Assembly: GCA_012295275.1 (NCBI GenBank)
Contig: CM022667.1
Span: 10,540,001-10,604,000 of the forward strand
Direction: 5' to 3'
Length of the DNA: 64,000 nt
Source: Chrysomallon squamiferum
Taxonomy: Eukaryota > Animalia > Mollusca
Below are positions 53,028 through 64,000 of this stretch, piece by piece. How positions within the stretch are numbered: position 1 is the first letter of the stretch; every line of letters starts with the position of its first letter. A program made the position numbers and the translations under genes. The notes below the pieces were generated by a model. The model was not told the origin of the DNA. It made no database searches and was given only the letters and a program-made list of their open reading frames with translations.

Positions 53028-55799
53028 GTTGCCGTTACTGTTGTTGATGTTTATTTTAACAAAGAGATAAATAAATGAATAAAAAATCATTTGTACTTTC
53101 AGAGGTAAAATAAACAAATATAAAAAATAGAGGGAAAAAAAAAAATCCTCCATTAATTTAGTAAATGTCAACATATTATTTTTCATATTTACATAAATAT
53201 AGATTACATGCAAATCCTCAGAAATTGCTTTGTAATCATCTTTTTTTCATGCCAGAAGCTATTTGTAAACATTTTGTTTCCATGACCCAGATGACATTAC
53301 AAGTCACTTTTTCAAGGTCATGCCAAAAGTACAAGTGACCCAGATTTTCAGGCAGGGTCAAAAGGATGATGACAGATTAGTACCTCAGTTTGGCTAGACT
53401 TTTGAATTGCTTACTCAGGCTAGAATTCGGGGCCACTCAGTTTGTTTTGAATTTGCTTGTACGAAAGGTTAGACTAGATTCTACTCAATCTAGCTAGATT
53501 TTTGTCCAGACTCCTGATATTGTCATTTGTTTGTAGTCTCGTTTAAAGTAATGTGGTTCTAATTAAAACAAACAGCTCAATGGAAATTCCAGCTGAGCTA
53601 TAGAATTCTAAGCAGAAACAGAATACCCCCCCCAAAAAAAAAAAAAAATAATAATAATAAAATGTACTGTTTTTAATAATTTTATAATTATTATTATTAT
53701 TTATTTATTTATGTAACAAATGAGTAAATAATTTAATTCAAACTGATAATTAAAACAATCAAAGTAATATTTAAGTCTTTAAAATTCTAGTTAGATTAAT
53801 GCAACATAAAAATGATTTATTTCTATATTACTAATGTTATCTGTTAATATTACAATTGTTTTTTTAAATTTTATTTTATTATTATTATTATACCTTTTTT
53901 TAAAAATAATATAAATAAATTTTAGTTCACAATAATAATAACAATACTGGTAATTAAAATATACTGACTAAAATATACAAAATGCAACCTCATACTGCTT
54001 TTAAACATGTAGTAAATTAGCATAACATTTTGAGGTTGGGAATTTGCCATTCTGAAAGAACAAAATGGCAATGAGGGCCTCTAGTCCACTGTCACTACTA
54101 AACACAGGGTAGAATGAATGCAGTGAATACAAGGTCACATCCAAAAACTCATGTGTAAACTGTGCAATAAAGCAAGGAAACTGAGTTATCAGACTCACAT
54201 GTTATCAACCTTAAATTAATGCATGAACAGTCACGACGGTGTGACTTTCTGACACTGAGAGGGAATGAGAAGATAATGTGATGATATGGGAAATGCAAAC
54301 AAAATACAAGGTAGGAGAGATATGCACATCTTCCAAGGACATTGCAACTCCCAGTCCTATTGAGATGAGGTCATCCAAACAATGTCATGCCTCACAGGAG
54401 CAGCTTATCTTCATCTCACGACTAAACCAGACACCTCAAGACTAAACTCATCATGGCCTCTCTCTCAACCATCAATACACTGATGTTCTTTCATGTCATT
54501 CAACACTGCTCCAACAGAATATGTCTGGGATGCAGTGGATGACTGTTCCAGAGGCAAGGTGCTGCTTTCATTCTTCAGCACCATTTGGTTTGTGTGTGGC
54601 ATCAGAGAGTGGGGATCATCTGCTCTACAAGACACAGCGTGCCACCATACTGGACGCCCATGACTGCCACACTACATACTGACATTTTGTACCACATTAA
54701 CAGAAATTCTGTTTGGTACACCATGCACAATAAAAGCTGGTTAAAGAAATTAAATGAAGAAAGAAAGAAAGAAAGAAGGGAAGAACAAAAGAGAAACGAT
54801 AAAGACGAAAAATTATGATTCACGTGATTTTATTAAAGACACTTTTTATCTCTTTGCAATACAGTTTTCTTAATATTTTCATTGATTTAATGACACTTGA
54901 CACAGTGCTGCCTTTTCTATATATATCTTGTCAGTATATAACTAATCAGTCACATAAGTAAACTATGACAAAAATCATTACAAACTAAAATGTAATTGCT
55001 AAACATTTCCAATCAGTGTTTACTTTCAGTGAATACATTCGTTGTTATGAGTTCTGCTTATTTTATTATTTTCGTTTTTACAAATAGGTGTATATGTGTG
55101 TGTGTGTGTATGAATATATAAGCATGTTTATTTGTTCATGTACAAATTCAACTTTTTTTTTAAACAATTTAAAATTGTTTTTATAAGCTAAATATTACCT
55201 GTCTTTTGATTATCTCAAGATTTTTCTTAGCTTCACTAATGAGATCCTGAATACGTTGTGCATCTGTAAGATTCTTGTTTTGGTGGAAAGCATCTTTCGT
55301 TCTACGTAATGCATAATTTCTGAAAATAAATAACAAATATTTTATCAGTATAGAGATTGTGTTGATTGTAATAAAAATACTAATATTTATGACTGTTATT
55401 GTTAATAGTGTTATTACTATACTATACAAATAAGTTAGAATGAAAGCGAGAGACACAGAGATTTCAAGGGCTTTCTTTTTTATGAGAAATTAAAATCAAA
55501 ATAACAAATTTTGTAAGAATTCTTAAAATTTTCAGGCAAAAGTATTCTTCTGTGTAACGTTACCTAGCTATACATACTGTATTATGTAATACTCAAATAT
55601 ATGTCGTAAGATTTAACTTGTTTTCGATGTTTCGTTGTTCCAACGAAATGACAAACCAAAATAATTAACCAGTATATGCTATTTAAAATCAGTAACAAGA
55701 TGATGCATTTTACCTATAGTTATAATTTGTAAACTGTCTTCCTTCTCTTAATAGTAGTCTGTACAAACGTAGAACCTCGTTCCTCGTGGAGGAAGCCAT
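50729..55799 (-). CDS. LYRM4: LYR motif-containing protein 4 (ISD11; NFS1 partner in mitochondrial Fe-S cluster assembly), 91 aa; exons 55799-55714, 55319-55199, 50797-50729
   Basis: Spliced translation MASSTRNEVLRLYRLLLREGRQFTNYNYRNYALRRTKDAFHQNKNLTDAQRIQDLISEAKKNLEIIKRQVVVGQMYGEGKLIIETQQKTSN*, containing the LYR motif, FxxYNYRxYAxRRxxDAF and RQVxxGQMY..KLIIE. GT-AG introns of phases 2 and 0; 276 nt total. Confidence 0.95.
51295..51398. repeat. Dispersed repeat copy 1: (GAAA)n + GACAAAATATGATTCACATGAATTTATTTAAGACACT; copy 2 at ~54757-54844
   Basis: Two similar copies in the same orientation within LYRM4 intron 2. Confidence 0.65.
54200..54745 (+). mobile_element. Highly decayed Tc1-like transposon fragment in LYRM4 intron 2
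   Basis: PTEYVWDAVD at 54511 resembles the Tc1 motif (SPDLN)PIEHVWD. ATILDAHDCHTTY* at 54641-54682 resembles the Tc1 C-terminus AVIxAxGGHTxY*. AATAAA follows shortly after. Boundaries are approximate. Confidence 0.55.
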
Positions 55800-56040
55800 T
55801 TTAAAAACAGATACTGTTATTAACGACATCGAAATTAACCTAGTAATTAAATTTTAATATGTTGGTTGTGCGATAACTTTTTCATGACATTGCAACTTGT
55901 ATGCAATCATTATTTATACAATGTGTCCGTTTTAGTAAAAGAACTGTACCACCAATTATGTCGTAAAAGAGAAACATTCAAGTTTATGATAAATATGGCT
56001 GCTTCCATGTCTGCTTGACCTTTCCACAAAATATTTCAGG
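55791..56040. promoter_or_regulatory. Bidirectional promoter shared by LYRM4 and FARS2, including a probable non-coding first exon of FARS2 (~55990-56039)
   Basis: The divergent ATGs are 550 bp apart. YY1-like AA(A/T)ATGGCT motifs face each gene (minus strand over the LYRM4 ATG; plus strand at ~55992). Candidate donor CAG|GT at 56040 and a strong acceptor at 56290-56291. Confidence 0.65.
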
Positions 56041-56348
56041 TTTATCATGTTGCTGTTCTATTTAAGTTTACTAAGGTTAATTAATTATAATTTATTCACA
56101 ATTCAGATAGGTTTATTTAAGAACATAGCTACAAAAAGTATATTAAAAGAAAGTTATACAATGAAGACTTAAAATTATTGTTATTATTTAGTAAATCATT
56201 TCATTTAAAAGAAACGAAATGTCATATTAGTGAAAACATGTAGTTTGCTGGAATATTAATATCTTTTTCTTTCTTTTTTCTTTCTTTACAGATAGCATAG
56301 TGTGTATTCATTGACATTTGAAAATCATTACAGCAAAATAATACAAAT

Positions 56349-59669
<3,321 letters not shown>

Positions 59670-60173
59670 AGAAAAGTTTTTGGGTTTATTTTTTAAATCT
59701 TTTTTTTTTTTTTAACATGTGATGATATCTCTAGAAGTGTGTGTGTGTTTTTGTGTGAGAGAGAGAGAGAGAGCATGCATATGTGAATATGGAGTATTTA
59801 TATATACATAGACACATATACACATTCAGAAAAATAAATACTGCATCAATTTATAATATTTTATGCATATCGGGTGATTATAATGGTGCTGATCGTATTG
59901 GTGCACAGGAGTTATCATATTTTAAAAAATACTTCTTCAGCTTTGTGCTATTTTCAACAAAGTGTGGGTGGACACCAAATAACAGAGTGACTGGTAGAGA
60001 TAATAAATAAATGATTCAAATATGTTTTGGACGTAGGAATTCTAACAGAACATTTATCACAAAATCTATAACATAAGATATACTGGTTGTACTAAAGACA
60101 TTTTAAAAAAGGAGGAAAATATATATGTATGGAGGACATGTTAGTGAATTGTTTTCCAGTTATAAATCTTTTT

Positions 60174-62988
60174 TTAAAATGTTAAATCTTGTGTGTGAAT
60201 CAGTGCTGACATGGTTGTCATGACAACAATCCAGAATGTTACTGTTTGTTGCTGGAGTGACATTCCATCTAAAAAATCAATAAAAATTAAAACATGAAAT
60301 TAAAATTTATATTTTATACATGTTATATTTGTTACGAACATGTTTATTAAATTAAATTAACTATTTGCACATACTATTATATACTATTATATACATTATA
60401 TAATCAGTTTAAACTGAATATTTGCCTTACAAATAAATGTTGAGTACAATCAGTCAGCAAGGATTTTAGTTAAACAATAGTTTATGTTATTTCATCAAAG
60501 GAACATAAGTTATTTAAAAAGGAATAAAACAATTTTTATTATACATCTGTAATGTATTTGATCAGTCTTTACCATTTAGTGAAATGTTTGAAAACTATTT
60601 ACATTCATCAAAACTTCAAGCATATTTATCTAGTACAGAAAATTTAGCAATCTCAGTTTCTGTTACCAGAACCGCATCCGCGAATTATACCGTGTCATTA
60701 TTTATATCGAAAATGTAGAAATTTATAATTTCGATAATAAATGAAACAGTTCACCACTGGATCGTTGAAGTAATTAAGAACAACTATCATTATAACTAAG
60801 TACTGAACTACATTTTATGCAAAAATACCAATTATATAAGTAAATCATTTAATGATAAAATAATGATCTCACCCGAACACTGATCCGAGTGTGGGTCGTT
60901 GAAGAAGTTAGGTTTACACAAACAGCGTTCGTCCCTGCACTCTGAGTTCTCAGATCTGCACTGGATATCTTCACTGCACGGCGCGTTCAATGGAAACTCT
61001 GAATAACAGTTTATGTGTCAGTTAATATGCCCAGTGCGTATGTGAGTGTTACAGAGGCAGTGCGTGAGTGTGCCTAATACCACCGTCTATGAAGAATGAG
61101 AGGTGCGCGAGAGGTTTTGTTGTGTTGTGCATGTCTTCAGAGTGAGAGAATTGTTCGTAACAGAGCCAGTGATGAAGAGGATGTAAATAAAAATAATTTA
61201 ATAATAACTCAAACGAAAGTTTGTTATTTTAAGAAAACGAAAGTATAACTTCTTATAAAAATCGTCTGCGAGGTCGGTAACGAAATAATATATTTATAAT
61301 AATCGTTTTTTAAGTGAAAAAAAAAAAAACACAACTTAAATAACATGTAGCTGTAATTTAAATATATATGAAATGAAATAGAATAAAATAAAATAATAAA
61401 GAACTTCAAAACAAATATATAATAATAATAAATAAAATAATAAATAATAATAATAATTAGTAAATTAGACAAAATCGTGGTAACAGACACATTTAATATG
61501 CTTAAATGCTAAAACGAAAATAAATGATTACGTAGACTTAACTGTTAAAACGAAAGTATCACGAAGAAAAAATAAGAAAGATGAAACGGAAGGACGTATT
61601 ACGTAAACGAATTTAATATTGTGCTAAAACGAAAGAACGCATTACTTACACGTATTAATATACCAAAAACGAAAGTAACGTATTGCGTATATGAGTTCTC
61701 TGCACTACACAGACAGATTTAATATGAAAGAACGTGGTCTGTTGGTATATTTGTGTATATTTATACATATGTAAGTATAAAATATGAAGGTAGACGATAT
61801 TAAATTTGCCGAAATGGAAACAACGTACTAAGTAAACAGTTGGACTCGTTAGAATAGAAGTTTTCTCCACATCTGCACGTGCCAAGATGACAGAAGGAGT
61901 TTGTAGGCAGACAGTGCTCATCGCTGTAACACACCCCACCCACATCACTCACTGAAACATAAATATTAAAAATAAATAATAAGATAAACACGTTAATAAG
62001 ATTTCAAAATTCTTATTCGTGCTTTTAATACCAGTGCTGTATAATACGTTTATAAAATAGACCAGGAGGATGTATAATACGTATTTGTGTGTATTATGGA
62101 AGCATACATGTATGTATAATGTATGTATAGATGGACATACATTATACATACATACATACATACATACACCTAAACATGTACACATACACATACATACATC
62201 TAAATAACGTAGATACATGCATACATGCACACGTATATTTGTTTTTACTATCATTATTTTTTTTAATTTCTGTACATAGTAAGACAAGTGTATACAAAAA
62301 AAAAAAAAAAAAAAAATTGAGATCATTCATCCATTCATTCATTCGTTCTACTCACGTCTTCTGCACATTGCCCCCAATCTGTACGTGTTTTCTACACAGG
62401 TACATCTTTTGGTACTGTCCACTGGCCTGACCCGAGCACAGGTCATCTCAACTGACCCTTGGATACAGTCCATATTGTTCTGACAACGTTTGTCCACTCC
62501 AGTCTGCTGTACTGTAACAAGACATTTATTTATTTATTTATTTGTTAGTTAGTTAGTTTGTTTGTTTGTCTTCATTTTGTTATATTTTATTGTCTATATA
62601 TATATACACACAAAAAAATAACTGTAAACAATAATAAATAAATTAAATTAGATAAAATAATAAAAAAAATAAAAAATACCGAGTTATGTCATTAATTTTA
62701 ACTAATAAGTTTCAAACAGCGAATTCAGTAAACTGACCTCACATATATCAGAGAATTATTTGTTTGTAGCTTGATTTATACCAGTGGCGACACTTTGACG
62801 GTTAAATATGGTGCCACCACGAAAGTGTGCACAAATTTATTTACTTACACCTAGTACGAGATTAATTTATAAATAGAAAACTCGATAAAGTATTAATTTA
62901 TTGTTTGTACTTTTTTTTTTTTTTTTTTTTTTTTGATCTGAGGTAGTCTCCAATCGGGATCTGCAGAAGTAAGTCAAGTTCCAAAAAT

Positions 62989-63042
<54 letters not shown>

Positions 63043-63702
63043 TTAATTTCATAACGATTATAAGCAAGTGCTTTAAAAACCTTTTATTATAACCATCTAT
63101 TCAACGAAATTGTTAATTTGCTATTAACTGACTATTTCAAACTGAAAAGCGAAACATCACATATACTATTAGCAGAAGGAAATAAAAAAATATATATATT
63201 AATAAAATTTACTAAGTCCATATCCAGCGTTGCAGTAATCATTGCTGCAACATATTCTGTTTCCAAGGCAACGGTTACTTGTTGTGCAGCCTTTTTCAAT
63301 CTGGTTATTTCCCGGACCCAATGTCAGACTATAGCATCTATCCTGGAAGAAAATTGCAAAAAAAATTAAATATATATATATAGTTTGTTGTTTTTTTTTT
63401 TTTTTTTTTTAATCACTACGTATCACAAACATTGATATTGTTGAATACTGATGTGTTTATCGATTCTTCAACAGTGTTTAATATTAAATGTTTTTGGATA
63501 AAAAATATATATATATTTATTAATATATATATTAAAACAAGCACGTGATTTTCAAAGCGAGAACTCTTCAGGCAGAAAATACAAACTACAGATACCTCAA
63601 GACGTTGGCAGACGACTTCCGTTACATTTTCCAAACACTTCAAGTTTGCAGCGTTGAGATAACTCGATGTTGTTGAGGGACATCGGTAACAGCGCAAACT
63701 AA
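60174..63702 (-). CDS. 5'-partial Cys-rich cell-surface protein: one Ly6/uPAR (three-finger) domain, three EB-like 6-Cys modules and a GPI-like tail; exons 63702-63596, 63342-63213, 62511-62356, 61951-61829, 60998-60873, 60268-60174
   Basis: The spliced frame reads SLRCYRC..KCLENVTEVVCQRLEDRCYSL..KGCTTSNRCLGNRICCSNDYCN (10 Cys, LxCYxC...CCxxDxCN). Three symmetric phase-1 exons follow (156, 123, 126 nt), each C-x5-C-xn-C-xn-CxC-xn-C, then a hydrophobic end (VTFWIVVMTTMSALI). All introns are GT-AG. The signal-peptide exon was not found in the window. Confidence 0.82.
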
Positions 63703-64000
63703 CTGCAATAATAAAATAAAATAAATAAATTCGTATATATCAAGTAAATAAACAATGCGAAAATGAATCACTACTTTTATTTTTATTAGTTAACGATTTT
63801 TTTTTTGCCATTTCTTTATAGACAGATCTAGTAATAAAGTATTTTTCTAAGTCAGTTTAAAATGTTTGTAGATACTGAAAGGAAACAATTTTCATGTAAA
63901 TATTTATCAAAAGGAAAACAGAAGTATAACGTATAACTTCAGTTTCTTTATCTAGTTTTTTATTCTTACTCATTTCCCCCTCTTTTTTCTCTTTTTTTTT

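Noticed and set aside
53360-53520. ATGATGA...CTGA as a possible intronic C/D-box snoRNA
   Set aside because: No convincing terminal stem or recognisable rRNA antisense element; the region looks more like a decayed MITE.
63960-63975. Minus-strand ATG-A|GTAAGA as the first exon of the Ly6-EB gene
   Set aside because: The phase fits, but it would leave no signal peptide for a disulfide-rich extracellular protein; the true first exon more likely lies beyond the window.

Overview
AT-rich, microsatellite-laden animal genomic DNA with spliceosomal GT-AG introns. It is probably a lophotrochozoan such as a mollusc; this is inferred from gene content and repeat style and is not proven. Reading splice sites by hand gives six protein-coding genes. 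(1) A 7-exon, ~935-aa secreted or GPI-type protein made of two tandem GPR158/GPR179-like ectodomains with no 7TM (+, 3327-9940). (2) A 2-exon GT92 glycosyltransferase (-, 21802-24437). (3) A single-exon PP1 glycogen-targeting subunit with CBM21 (-, 43641-44915). (4) LYRM4/ISD11 (-, 50729-55799), head-to-head with (5) mitochondrial FARS2 (+, 56349-59669). (6) A 5'-truncated Ly6/uPAR plus 3x EB-like Cys-rich protein with a probable GPI tail (-, 60174-63702). The window also holds a decayed CYP2-clan P450 pseudogene that the ORF track misses (~11.3-12.7 kb), a Tigger/pogo remnant, a Tc1 remnant, several MITEs and tandem repeats. The most interesting candidate for something undescribed is gene 1, a receptor-less double Cache-like ectodomain with a furin-type linker. 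No database searches were run; family calls come from recognised motifs.
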